This document shows, piece after piece, positions 11,625 through 26,578 of a stretch of 64,000 bases of DNA. Below the pieces are notes generated by a model, which ran no database searches, had not been told where the DNA came from, and saw only the letters and a list, made by a program, of their open reading frames with translations. The DNA comes from Eledone cirrhosa (taxonomy: Eukaryota), in the NCBI GenBank assembly GCA_964016885.1, contig OZ024743.1, positions 218,240,001-218,304,000 on the forward strand. Reading direction: 5' to 3'. The translations under genes and the position numbers were made by a program. How positions within the stretch are numbered: position 1 is the stretch's first letter; each line of letters opens with the position of its first letter.

Positions 11625-14600
11625 TAACATTACCACCACTACAACCACTACTGCTACTACTACTACCATTACCACCACTACTAACACTACTGACACTACT
11701 ACTACCATTACCACCACTACTACCACTAACACTACTACTACCATTACCACCGCTACTACCACTAACACTACTTACTACCATTACCACCGCGACTACCACT
11801 AACACTACTACTACCATTACCATTAATATTATCATTAACACAACAGCTATTACTACTACCATTACCACCACTACTACCACTGTCCCTACTACTACCATTT
11901 ACCACCACTACTACCACTGACACTACTACTACCATTACCACCACTACTACCACTGTCCCTACTACTACCATTACCACCACTACTACCACTGACACTACTA
12001 CTAGCATTACCACCACTACTACCACTGACACTACTACTACCCATTACCCACCACTACTACCACTGACACTACTACTACCATTACCACCACTACAACCACT
12101 GACACTACTACTACCATTACCACCACTACTACCATTACCACCACTACTACCACTGACACTACTACTGCCATTACAACCTACTACTACCACTGACACTACT
12201 ACTACCATTACCCCACACTACTACCACTGTCCCTACTACTACTACCATTACCACCACTACTACCACTGACACTACTACTACCATTACCACCACTACTACC
12301 ACTGTCCCTACTACTACCATTACCACCACTACTACCACTGACACTACTACTACCATTACCACCACTACTACCACTGACACTACTACTACCATTACAACCA
12401 CTACTACCACTGACACTACTACTACCATTACCACCACTACTACCACTGACACTACTACTGCCATTACAACCACTACTACCACTGACACTACTACTACCAT
12501 TACCACCACTACTACCACTGACACTACTACTACCATTACCACCACTACTACCACTGACACTACTACTGCCATTACAACCACTACTACCACTGACACTACT
12601 ACTACCATTATCACCACTACTACCACTGACACTACTACTACCATTACCACCACTACTACCACTGTCCCTACTACTACCATTACCACCACTACTACCACTG
12701 ACACTACTACTACCATTACCACCACTACTACCACTGACACTACTACTACCATTACCACCACTACTACCACTGACACTACTACTGCCATTACAACCACTAC
12801 TACCACTGTCCCTACTACTACCATTACCACCACTACTACCACTGACACTACTACTACCATTACCACCACTACTACCACTAACACTATTACTACCATCACC
12901 ACAACTACTACCGCTAACACTGCTACTACAATTACCAGCACTACTACCACTAACACTACATCTACCACGAATACCAACCCATCCGCTGTACCACTGACAC
13001 TACTACCATTACCACCACTACTACCACTGACACCATTACTACCACTGCTACCACTAACACTACTACTACCATTACCACCGCTACTACCACTAACACTACT
13101 ACTACCATTACCACCACTACTACCACTAATACTACTACTACCATTACCACCACTACTACCACTGACACTACTACTACCATTACCACCACTACTAACACTA
13201 ACACTACTGCTACCATTACCAACACTACTACCACTGACACTACTACTACCATTACCACCACTACTTACCACTAACACTACTACTACCATTACCACTACTA
13301 CTACCATTACAACTACTACTACCATTACCACCACTACAACTACCATTTCCACCACATATACCACTAACACTACTACTACCACTGACACTACTACTACCAT
13401 TACCACCACTACTACCACTAACACTACTATTACCATTACAACCACTACTACTACCATTACCACCACTTCTACCACTGACACTACTACTACCAATACCACC
13501 ATTACTACCACTGACACTACTACTACCATTACCAACACTACTACCACTAACACTACTACTACCATTACCAACACTACTACCACTCACACTACTACTACCA
13601 TTACCACCACTGCTACCACTAAAACTACTACTACCACGAATACCAACACCATCCGCTGTACCAATGACACTACTACTACAATTACCACCACTTCTACCAC
13701 TAACACTACTACTACCATTACCACCACTGCTACCACTAACACTACTACTACCATTACCACAACTACTACCACTAACACTACTACTACCATTACCACCACT
13801 GCTACCACTAACACTACTACTACCATTACCACCACTACTACCACTGACACTACTACTACCATTACCACCACTACTACCACTAACACTACTACTACCATTA
13901 CCACCACTGCTACCACTAACACTACTACTACCATTACCACCACTACTACCACTGACACTACTACTACCATTACCACAACTACTACCACTAACACTACTAC
14001 TACCATTACCACCACTGCTACCACTAACACTACTACTACCATTACCACCACTACTACCACTGACACTACTACTACCATTACCACCACTACTACCATTAAC
14101 ACTACTACTACCATTACCACCACTACTACCACTGACACTACTACTACCATTACCACCACTACTACCATTAACACTACTACTACCATTACCACCACTGCTA
14201 CCACTAACACTACTACTACCATTACCACCACTACTACCACTGACACTACTACTACCATTACCACAACTACTACCACTAACACTACTACTACCTTTACTAC
14301 CACTGCTACCACTAACACTACTACTATCATTACCACCACTACTACCACTGACACTACTACTACCATTACCACCACTACTACCGATGACACTACTACTACA
14401 ATTACTACTAACACTACTACTATCATTACTACCATTGCTACCACTAACGATACTATTACCATTACCACCACTAATGCCACTGACACTACTACTACCATTA
14501 CCACCACTACTACTACCATTACCACCACTACTACCACTATCACTACTACTACCATTACCACCACTACTACCACTAACACTACTACTACCACGACTACCAA

Positions 14601-17600
14601 CACCATCCGCTGTACAACTGACACTACTACTACCATTACCACCACTACTATCACTGACACTACTACTACCATTACCACCACTACTACCACTAACACTACT
14701 ACTACCATTACCACCACTACTACCACTAACACTACTACTACCACGACTACCAACACCATCCGCTGTACAACTGACACTATTACTACCATTACCACCACTA
14801 CTACCACTGACACTACTAATACCATTACCACCACTACTACCACTAACACTGCTACTACCATTACCACCACTACTACCACTAACACTACTAATAACACGAC
14901 CACCAACAACATCCGCTGTACCACTGACACTACTACTACCATTAACACCACAACTACCACTGACAATACTACTACGATTACCACGACTACTACCACTAAT
15001 ACTACTACTACCATTAACACTACCATTATCACCACTACTACCACTCGCACTACTACTACCATTACCCTCACTACTAACACTAACACTACTACTACCACGA
15101 CTAACAACAGCATCCGCTGTACCACTGACACTACTACTAGCATTACCACCACTACTACCACTAACACTACTACTACCATTACCAACACTACTACCACTCA
15201 CACTACTACTACCATTACCACCACTGCTACCACTAAAACTACTACTACCACGACTACCAACACCATCCGCTGTACCACTGACACTACTACTGCAATTACC
15301 ACCGCTACTACCACTAACACTACTACTATCATTACTACCACTGCTACCACTAACACTACTACTACCATTACCACCACTGCTACCACTAACACTACTACTA
15401 CCATTACCACCACTAATACCACTGACACAACTACTTGCATTACCACCACTACTACCATTGATACTACTACTACCATTACCACAACTACTACCACTAACAC
15501 TACTACTACCTTTACTACTACTCCTACCAATAACACTACTACTATCATTACCACCACTACTACCAATGACACTACTACTACAATTACTACTAACACTACT
15601 ACTATCATTACTACCACTGCTACCACTAACACTACTATTACCATTACCACCACTAATACCACTGACACTACTACTACCATTACCACCACTACTACCACTG
15701 ACACTTCTACTACCATTACACCACTACTGCCACTGACACTAATACTACCTTTGCCATCACTACTACTACCATTACCACCACTACTACCACTAACACTACT
15801 ACTACCATTACCACCACTACTACCACTAACACTACTACTACCACTACCACCACTACTACCACTGACACTACTACTACCATTACACCACTACTGCCACTGA
15901 CACTACTACTACCATTACCACCACTACTACTACCATTACCACCACTACTACCACTAACACTACTACCACCATTACCACCACTGCTACCACTGACACTACT
16001 ATTACCATTATCAGTACAGCTATCATTACCGCCACTACTACCATTAACACTACTACTACCATTACCACTACCACTAACACTACTACTGCCATTACCACCA
16101 CTACTACCATTACCAGCACTGCTACCCCTAACACTACTACTACCATTACCACCACTACTAACACTAACACTACTACTACCACGACTACCTACATAATCCG
16201 CTGTACCACTGACACTACTACTACCATTACCACCACTACTACCACTAACACTACTACTACTACCATTACCACTACTACTACCATTACCACCACAACTACC
16301 TCTAACACTACTACTACCACTAACACTACTACAACTACTGACACTACTACTACCATTACCACCACAACTACCACTGACACTTCTACTACCATTACCACCA
16401 CTACTACCACTGACACTACTACTACCATTACCAACACTACTACCACTGACACTACTACTACAATTACCACCACTACTACCACTGACACTACTACTACCAT
16501 TACCAACACTACTACCACTGACACTACTACTACAATTACCACCACTACTACCACTGACACTACTACTACCATTACCACCACTACTACCACTGACACTACT
16601 ACTATCATTACCACCACTACTACCACTGACACTACTACTACCATTACCACCACTACTAACACTAACACTACTACTACCATTACCACCACTACTACCACTG
16701 ACACTACTACTACCATTACCACCACTACTAACACTAACACTACTACTACCATTACCACCACTACTACCACTAACACTACTACTCCCATTACCACCACTAC
16801 TAACAATAACACTACTACTACCATTACCACCACTACTACCACTAACACTACTACTACCACTAACACTACTACCATTACCACCACTATTACCACTGACACT
16901 ACTACTACCATTACCACCATTACTACCACTGAATCTACTACTACCATTACCACCACTACTACCACTAAACTACTAGTACCACTGACACTATTACTACCAT
17001 TACCACCACTATTACCACTGACACTAATACTACCATTACCATCACTACTAACACTAACACTACTACTACCATTACCATCACTACTAGCACTAACACTACT
17101 GCTACCATTACCACCACTACTACAACTGACACTACTACTACCATTACCACCACTACTACCACTAACACTACTACTACCATTACCACCACTACTATAACTG
17201 ACACTACTACTACCATTACCACCACTATTACCACTGACACTACTACTACCATTACCATCACTACTACAACTGACACTACTACTACCATTACCACCACTAC
17301 TACCACTAACACTACTACTACCATTACCATCACTACTACAACTGACACTACTACTACCACTACTACTACCATTACCACTACTACTACCATTACCACCACA
17401 ACTACCTCTAACACTACTACTACCACTAACACTACTACAACTACTGACACTACTACTACCATTACCACCACAACTACCACTGACACTTCTACTACCATTA
17501 CCACCACTACTAACACTAACACTACTACTACCATTACCAACACTACTACCACTAACACTACTACTACCATTACTACCACTACTACCACTGACACTACTAC

Positions 17601-18620
17601 TACCATTACCAATACTACTACCACTAACACTATTACTACCATTACTACCACTGCTACCACTAACACTACTACTACCATTATCACCACTACTACAACTGAC
17701 ACTATTACTACCATTACTACCACTACTACCACTGACACTACTACTACCATTACCAACACTACTACCACTAACACTATTACTACCATTACTACCACTACTA
17801 CCACTGACACTACTACTACCATTACCAACACTACTACCACTAACACTACTACTACCATTACTACCACTGCTACCACTAACACTACTACTACCATTATCAC
17901 CACTACTACAACTGACACTATTACTACCATTACCACCACTACTACCACTAACACTACTATTACCACGATTACCAACACCATCTGCTGTACCACTAAACTA
18001 CTACTACCATTACCACCACTACTACCACTAACACTACTACTAACATTACCACCACTACTACCACTAACACTACTACTACTATTACCACCATTACTACCAC
18101 TGACACTACTACTATCATTACCACCACTACCACCACTGACACTACTACTACCATTACCACTACTATTACCACAACACTACTACTACCATTACCACCACTG
18201 CTACCACTGACACTACTACTACCATTGCCTCCACTACTACTACCATTACCACCACTGCTACCCCTAACACTACTACTACCATTACCACCACTACTAACAC
18301 TAACACTACTACTACGATTACCAACACTACTACCATTAACACTACTACTACCATTACCAACACTACTACCACTAACACTACTACTACCATTACCACCACT
18401 ACTACCATTACTACCACTACTACCACTAACACTACCATTACCACCACTTCTACCACTGACACTACTACTAACATTACCACCACTACTACCACTGACACTA
18501 CTACTACCATTACCACCACTACAACCACTGACACTACTACTGCCATTACCACCACAACTACCACGATTACCAACATCATCGTCTGTACCACTGATGCTAC
18601 TGCTACTACTAGCACTACTA
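11625..18620. repeat. ~7-kb satellite with a 36-bp unit (ACCATTACCACCACTACTACCACTGACACTACTACT)
   Basis: 12-triplet periodicity, matching MVVVVSVVVVVV in the ORF track; recurrent variant unit containing CCATCCGCTGTA. Confidence 0.95.
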
Positions 18621-18827
18621 CCACAACACCATCACCACCAACGCGATTATTCCTATTTAGCATCACTACCACAACACCAGCATCAACATCATCTCCATCC
18701 CACCACTGCCGCTACTACTACCAGAACACTATCATCACTACCACCACCACTACTGTCACAACACTATCATTGCAACAACACTAGCACCATTGTCATATTG
18801 TCATCAGCACTATTACCACTAGACCTC

Positions 18828-19165
18828 GGCAACGTTACCACTGCCACTACCACCTCTACTACCACTATACCGAAACCACCACCACCATTTCTACAGCAGG
18901 ATTACCACTACTACCACCACCACCACCAACATTGCCACGGCAAGGTTACCACTGCCACTACCACCTCTACTACCACTACACCGAAACCACCACCATCATT
19001 TCTACAGCAGGATTACCACTACTACCACCACCACCAACATTGTCACGGCAACGTTACCACGGCTACTACCACCACTACTACCACTATACCGAAACCACCA
19101 CCACCATTGCTACTGCAACGTTACCACAGCTATTACCTCTACTACTACCACTACACCGAAACAAT
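18828..19165. repeat. Three ~110-bp tandem repeats
   Basis: ggcaacgttaccactgccac...ccgaaaccaccacc recurs at about 18828, 18939 and 19047. Confidence 0.8.
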
Positions 19166-19231
19166 CAGACCATTGCCATACTGGGTTATAAATCTGGACA
19201 AGGTTATTTTATAGAAGACTAGTAGTTAACT

Positions 19232-20551
19232 CAAACACCCTGAGCCACCCACTGATCTCAGACCCATACCCCCACCCGACCGCCACCTGCTCCTTGTGGC
19301 TACTGATGCAGATATCATGTCCGCCATCAGGTTCTTCCCAGCTAGCAGCTGCGGAGGTGTTGATGGTCTCCGACCAGGCCACCTCAAGGAGTTGACATCC
19401 CGCCTCTCCGCTGAGGCCGGACGCCGCCTTTTGAGTGCAATTGTGGTGCTCACCAATAGGTTCATTCAAGGTGCCCTTGACCCTTACTCGCGAGGCCTCG
19501 TTTTTTCGGCCAGCCTCACTGCTCTCAGGAAGAAAGAGGGTGGCATACGCCCTATTGCTGTGGGCAATGTCTTTCGGAGGCTGGCTGCCAAGGTGATCTG
19601 CAAGTCCGTCACACACGAACTGTGTCAGGAGTTTAATCCGGTGCAACTGGGTGTCGGCGTGTCCGGTGGCTGTGAGGGAGCCGCTCATGCATTCAGGAAG
19701 TTCTTCAGCAGCTGCCCATCGGTACCGGCATCCAGGGACTCAAGGCACCTCATTGTCAAGCTTGACATGAGGAATGCCTTTAACACTTTACTCTTTATCT
19801 GCTTCAGCCGATTCCCCTCTGCCTACCCGCTGGTCTACCTGTCATATGGAGCCCCGAGCATGCTCCTAGCTGCTGATACGGTCATACCCTCGGCTACTGG
19901 GGTCCAACAGGGCGACCCTTTGGGACCCCTCCTGTTCACCCTTGGTATTAACCACATCGCCCGGAGTATCACGGCCCCTCTCAACGTTTGGTATCTGGAT
20001 GATGCTACGTTGGGCGGGCCCGTACGGACGGTCTGCCAAGACCTTCAGTCTGTGATTCCTGCCCTGGCGGGAATCGGCCTCCAGGTCAATTCGGCCAAGT
20101 CAGAGGTGGTGAACGTCAGCCTCGATGCTGCGAGCTTTGCAGCCTCTGTCTTGGACGTGCGGTCCATTCTCCGCCAGGTTCAGGTGACCCCCAAAGAGGA
20201 TGTCCTCATCCTCGCGTCACCTCTCCACCATCAGGTCCAGACTTCAACAGCTCCAGACTCTCACGAGCCGACTGGGCTTGATTGACGGCCACCCAGCTCT
20301 ATTTCTGCTGAGGAACTGCTTCGTCATGCCGAAGCTCCTCTATACACTCCGCAGCGCTCCATGCTACACCCAGACATCTCTCCTCGCTGACCTCGATACT
20401 TGTATCCGAGCAGCAGCCGAGGGGATATTCAACATCAAGCTTTACTACATAGGGTGGCAACAGGCCACTTTACCGGTAAGGTATGGCGGCCTTGGCCTCC
20501 GGTCCCCGATCTTACTAGCTTTGCCGGCGTATCTTTCGTCGGTAACCTCGT
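19232..20551 (+). mobile_element. CRE-clade non-LTR retrotransposon RT fragment, truncated at both ends and frameshifted
   Basis: KHP...SCGGVDGLRPGHLKEL, GIRPIAVGNVFRRL, QLGVGVSGGCE, KLDMRNAFN, GVQQGDPLGPLLF, WYLDD, QATLPVRYGGLG; no REL endonuclease domain present. Confidence 0.8.
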
Positions 20552-21530
20552 GCCTGGATAAGGTTATTTTATAGAAGACTAGTAGTTAACTAGGACGTTC
20601 TGTTCTGAGTTATAGGCCTGGATAAGGTTATTTTATAGAAGACTAGTAGTTAACTAGGACGTTCTGTTCTGGGTTATAGGCCTGGGTAATGTTATTTTAT
20701 AGTAGACTAGTAGTTAACTAGGACGTTCTGTTGTGGGTTATAGGCCTGGATAAGGTTATTTTATAGAAGACTAGTAGTTAACTAGGACGTTCTGTTCTGG
20801 GTTATAGGCCTGGGTAATGTTATTTTATAGAAGACTAGTAGTTAACTAGGACGTTCTGTTCTGGGTTATAGGCCTGGATAAGGTTATTTTATAGAAGACT
20901 AGTAGTTAACTAGGACGTTCTGTTGTGGGTTATAGGCCTGGATAAGGTTATTTTATAGAAGACTAGTAGTTAACTAGGACGTTCTGTTGTGGGTTATAGG
21001 CCTGGATAAGGTTATTTTATAGAAGACTAGTAGTTAACTAGGACGTTCTGTTCTGGGTTATAGGCCTGGATAAGGTTATTTTATAGAAGACTAGTAGTTA
21101 ACTAGGACGTTCTGTTCTGGGTTATAGGCCTGGATACAGTTATTTTATAGAAGACTAGTAGTTAACTAGGACGTTCTGTTCTGGGTTATAGGCCTGGATA
21201 AGGTTATTTTATAGAAGACTAGTAGTTAACTAGGACGTTCTGTTCTGGGTTATAGGCCTGGGTAAGGTTATTTTATAGAAGACTAGTTGTTAACTAGGAC
21301 GTTCTGTTCTGGGTTATAGGCCTGGGTAATGTTATTTTATAGAAGACTAGTTGTTAACTAGGACGTTCTGTTCTGGGTTATAGGCCTGGGTAAGGTTATT
21401 TTATAGAAGACTAGTTGTTAAGTGGGACGTTCCGCTCTGAGTTATAGGCGTAAGCAAGGTTATTTCATAGAAGACTAGCAGTTGAATGGGATGTTCCTCT
21501 CTGGGTTATTGGCCTGGGCAAGGTTATTTT
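20552..21530. repeat. 64-bp tandem array, ~15 units, plus a partial unit at 19181-19231
   Basis: GGATAAGGTTATTTTATAGAAGACTAGTAGTTAACTAGGACGTTCTGTTCTGGGTTATAGGCCT at 20556, 20620, ... 21516; the last two units are diverged. Confidence 0.95.
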
Positions 21531-21532
21531 TG

Positions 21533-21712
21533 TGAATTGGCAGTATCGGTTGAGGGTCGGACATGCTTTCCAGCATAGTTACTCCCCTTTACGATCTGAG
21601 TTCAAATCCGGCCAAGGTTAACTTTGCCTTTCATCCTTACGGGGTCGATAAAATAAAGTGCCAGTAATGTACTGGGTAATTGATGGCCTTGTGCCTAAAA
21701 TAGAAACATTTA
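21533..21712 (+). mobile_element. tRNA-derived SINE, same family as 11041
   Basis: Sequence homology; B-box GAGTTCAAATCC. Confidence 0.8.
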
Positions 21713-22463
21713 TTTTATGAAAGAATAGCAGTTGACCATGCGAGTAAGCTTCCCCTTGTCATAACTATTAATGTTGTTCCAAATACAAAATAAAAGCCTA
21801 TGTACTTTGGCACTAATGTCGTCGTAGCTGTTGCCGTCAGAATACAAAGTATCAGAACAGATGCTGCCTGGCATCACATCCGACACTAACAATTAAGCCT
21901 ATCACTCATCCTGGTCTTGTAATTTATTTATCGACCTTGAAAATATGAGAGGTAATTGACCGCAATAGGATATGAACTGAGAAGATTGAGATTTAGAACG
22001 AATACCATGGGGAATAACAACTAGAACCCATCAATAGATAATAACACTAAATAGAAACTTTAAACGTCATCACCAACGCCGCCGCCACCACCAACATAGT
22101 CACCAACAACAATAGCAACAATACAAACAACACCACTAAAAGCACCAATAAAAGCAACAACACTATGCAAGCCATCAATGATCCCCAACAACACCACACT
22201 CAACAACAAAAACAAAACTCCTACTGCTAACAACAACAACAATACAACCACTAAGACCACCAAACAACACCAACAACAAGAACACCACTATCATGGTAGC
22301 TATCATTTTTATTGTGGATATCGGAGTTGCTGTTAATGTTTCTGCTGTTGATGATGCTATTGATATTTCTGCTGTTGTTGCTTCTGCTGTTAATGATCCT
22401 GTTGCTGATGATGCTGTTGGTATTTCTGCTGTTGGTGATGCTGTCTTCGTCTTTTCTTTTCAC

Positions 22464-22501
<38 letters not shown>

Positions 22502-22614
22502 ATGATAATGGCTGCCCCCTCGTTATCGAGTATGGCCATTGCACCATATATCATTATTAATAATTATTAATTAATTCTATCGTGCAATGCCTGTGCTTGA
22601 AGATTTTTTTTAAA

Positions 22615-22822
22615 GTGAGGAAAGACTGTGCACTGAGCCAATCCCACTCTCTGGGCGACAGTAGCTATAACCCGAAAAGAAGAAAAGATTAATATCATCG
22701 GTAACTACTGAGCCGCAGGTTTTATATCGGAGTTATCCCAGTTTCCTGAGTTGCCTTCTCCTAGAAGAGTGCCCTGACAGAGGCTAGGTGTCCTTCGCTC
22801 CCAGTGGTTTAACCGGGCGGTA
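22615..22822 (-). mobile_element. Probable RTE 5' UTR-derived fragment
   Basis: The minus strand reads cactcttCTAGGAGAAGGCAACTC, resembling a motif recalled from RTE 5' regions; not verified by search. Confidence 0.4.
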
Positions 22823-23020
22823 CATGTCTATATATATATTTACACAATTTCGTATGGCCGTTGACTCTTATGAGTTCTTCCGCCCTTTGTCAGGTCACTC
22901 TTGAGTGCTACTGGTAACATGTAATCCAGTACAACCTATCGCATGGTCGGGTCGTCGGCGACTAAACCGGCAACCCCACCAACTTTACTTGGTGAGGAGG
23001 GTGATTTTGGACACCCTGCA

Positions 23021-23059
<39 letters not shown>

Positions 23060-23119
23060 CTTCCTTCACTAACCTTCTCACACTACTCATACGTCTATCT
23101 GTTCACTCCTTATCCAAAC

Positions 23120-23155
23120 TTTCCTGAAGAAGGACTTCAGTCCGAAATGTTGAAA
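23120..23155 (+). ncRNA. Minimal type I hammerhead ribozyme motif (Penelope pLTR type)
   Basis: TTTC-CTGAAGA-AGGAC TTCA GTCC-GAAATGTT-GAAA; stem I TTTC/GAAA; stem III is degenerate (expected ACGT). Confidence 0.6.
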
Positions 23156-23926
23156 CCTCCTTCACTTCCTCCAAGCGTATGACTGTTTAAGTTTCCCTCT
23201 CATGTTTCGTGTTTCATTTATTAACTATAACACACACAAAAACAAGATGGTGTAGGACAGAACAAAGGAGAGAGACACACAAAATAAAAACCTAGTCACT
23301 GGGGAGGTCACAGAATGTGTGACGAAAGAGCTTTGACAATATATAAACAAACTTCCGATTATTGAACAAACCAACCAACCAGAAATTTATAATAAATTGA
23401 AGTGAAAATCAACAGGTGCGTGTATTTTTATTGGCAACATGACCCTCCCAAAATATAACAATATATATATATATGCGAAAAGAGAAGAATTTGTAGTAGT
23501 ACTAACTCTGTCTAGTATTAAATAGAGGTGAAATGTAAATGAAGGCTAATACGATATGTTTATGAACAATAAATACATAAGAGACTAACTATGAATATTT
23601 TAAAGCTGTACTCATGTAATGACTATCGCAGTAGCAGTGTAAGAATGTCATGTATATGTTTTGGGATTTTCATACGTCATTGATGAAATTTACACACTTG
23701 AGATTGAGACAAGTATAAACTGTAGCGTATATACCTTTGCGTCTGAAACATAGGCCGGATATGCTCATTTGCATTTACCTAATCACAGCTGAAAATATTC
23801 ATATCAGAATTTTTGTAGCTTTACTACACATAAATCGTATAGCCTTCATATACACTTCTATTTTACACACATACATGCATACATGCATGCATACACATAT
23901 ATATGTGTGTATATGTATGTATGTAC

Positions 23927-24001
<75 letters not shown>

Positions 24002-24030
24002 AAAGAATAGAGGTGTAACACACAAGTTAT

Positions 24031-24516
24031 TATATATTGGTAAACGGAATAGAAAATGCTGACAAATTGTTCACAGTTGAAAAATGGTTTAATTAGGAAT
24101 AAAAGAGTATTAGTGATTGTATGGGTTAGTATTCAGTTGTGGTTTTAAGTTTTTAAGTTTTTACCGGTTGCGCATTTCTAAATGCTTTTCAAAAATAATT
24201 TTGAGATAGAGTGTCCGTGCTGTTTGCTCTGATCTGATTAGTTTTGGGAATTCTACCTGTTTTTATGTTAAAAAAATGGCTCCAGCGTTATTTTTGTGTT
24301 GTAAAAATGCTTGTGGTCAAAACAATTTTGATTGGTCGGTAGAGGTCATGTGAATGTAAAAAGTTGATTTTGCGCCAAGACTGTTTTTATGTTAAAATGT
24401 TAGAAAAGTGGCTCCAGCAAAAATTATGGTCAAAACAATTTTGATTGGTCGGTAGAGGTCATGTGGATAAAAAATTGGTTTTGCGCCAAGATTGAGAAAT
24501 GACTCTTTCACAACAA

Positions 24517-24592
<76 letters not shown>

Positions 24593-25820
24593 TAGTAGTA
24601 GTAAGGTGTTCGATGCTGCGACAATAGCCACCAGCGATGTGTGTCAAATGGCTATTAAGATAAGTGTGTGTGTATGTGTGTGTGTATGTGTGTGTGCGTA
24701 CATACACACAGCAGAGTCATTCGAAGGTCAAAAGATATTTTTCAGCTTTTGTCTTATACGGAGAAGTGCGTGTGTGTGTGTGTGTGTGTATAAGTCTCTT
24801 TGTATGTTGATGTACGCGTGTGTATGTGTCTGTGTATATATGTGTGTGTGTGTGTGTGTGCGTGTGTGGGTGGACCAGTATTTTTTTCCCCCCTGGTAAA
24901 ATATATCATAAAGAGCAAAAGACAATCCAAGTCAATGAAAAACATCTTAACACATGCCAAAGTACTGCCAACCACAACAACGAAACCCACAGTAAAAAAA
25001 TGCGATAGACCCAACTGTGGCATTTGCATCAACCTAATAGAGGGTTCGGAATTCTATTTCAAAGATGGACAACGTTTTATAGTAAAACACAATTTCACAT
25101 GTGCATCGGAAAATTTAATATATGTATTAACTTGTTCAGGTTGTCGAGAACAATACATAGGCCAGACCAAAAACAGCCTCCGCCAACGCATGACTGTCCA
25201 TAGATCCCAAATTAAAATACGGGAATACAGGAAAATACCACTGAGTGAACACATTGATACCTGCGCCGCCCAAAATCATCCCAACTTCAGAATCTTTCCC
25301 CTCTACAAATTTAAAGATAATGCCACCCACACCCAGCGCATCAGCAAGGAATCTTACTTCATTAACAAATACGGACCCCGTCTAAACACTTCTCCCTAAG
25401 ACGAACCCACAACATACACACGTCAACATACATACCTACATCAGCACACATCTCTACCCACATATAAACACAATGACACACGTAAACACACATGCTCTAT
25501 GGTGCAATACAAAAAAATATATGTGCATATATATGTATGTATATATGTATATATATATATATATATATGTAGTGAAAATATATATATATATGTGTGTGTG
25601 TGTGTGTATATATATATATAGTGAATATCATTTCACACCTTTTATTGTTAAGATTGTTGATGTTCTATTAAGAGAACCGATTTTACTGAAAAAATCGAAT
25701 AATGTACACCATTTTACCAGGGGGGAAAAAAATACTGGTCCACCCACACACGCACACACACACACACACACATATATACACAGACACATACACACGCGTA
25801 CATCAACATACAAAGAGACT

Positions 25821-25863
<43 letters not shown>

Positions 25864-25933
25864 GCACTTCTCCGTATAAGACAAAAGCTGAAAAATATCT
25901 TTTGACCTTCGAATGACTCTGCTGTGTGTATGT

Positions 25934-25971
<38 letters not shown>

Positions 25972-26040
25972 ATCTTAATAGCCATTTGACACACATCGCT
26001 GGTGGCTATTGTCGCAGCATCGAACACCTTACTACTACTA

Positions 26041-26102
<62 letters not shown>

Positions 26103-26578
26103 TTGTTGTGAAAGAGTCATTTCTCAATCTTGGCGCAAAACCAATTTTTTATCCACATGACCTCTACCGACCAATCAAAATTGTTTTGACCATAATTTTT
26201 GCTGGAGCCACTTTTCTAACATTTTAACATAAAAACAGTCTTGGCGCAAAATCAACTTTTTACATTCACATGACCTCTACCGACCAATCAAAATTGTTTT
26301 GACCACAAGCATTTTTACAACACAAAAATAACGCTGGAGCCATTTTTTTAACATAAAAACAGGTAGAATTCCCAAAACTAATCAGATCAGAGCAAACAGC
26401 ACGGACACTCTATCTCAAAATTATTTTTGAAAAGCATTTAGAAATGCGCAACCGGTAAAAACTTAAAAACTTAAAACCACAACTGAATACTAACCCATAC
26501 AATCACTAATACTCTTTTATTCCTAATTAAACCATTTTTCAACTGTGAACAATTTGTCAGCATTTTCTATTCCGTTTA

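Noticed and set aside
12171-18672. Long poly-Val, Leu/Pro and Gly/Ser ORFs (up to 690 aa)
   Set aside because: Stop-poor by satellite composition; no domain, signal peptide or splice evidence
20552-21530. CRISPR-, retron- or DGR-like RT plus array
   Set aside because: No unique spacers, no cas or accessory genes; the RT is a eukaryotic CRE-type LINE
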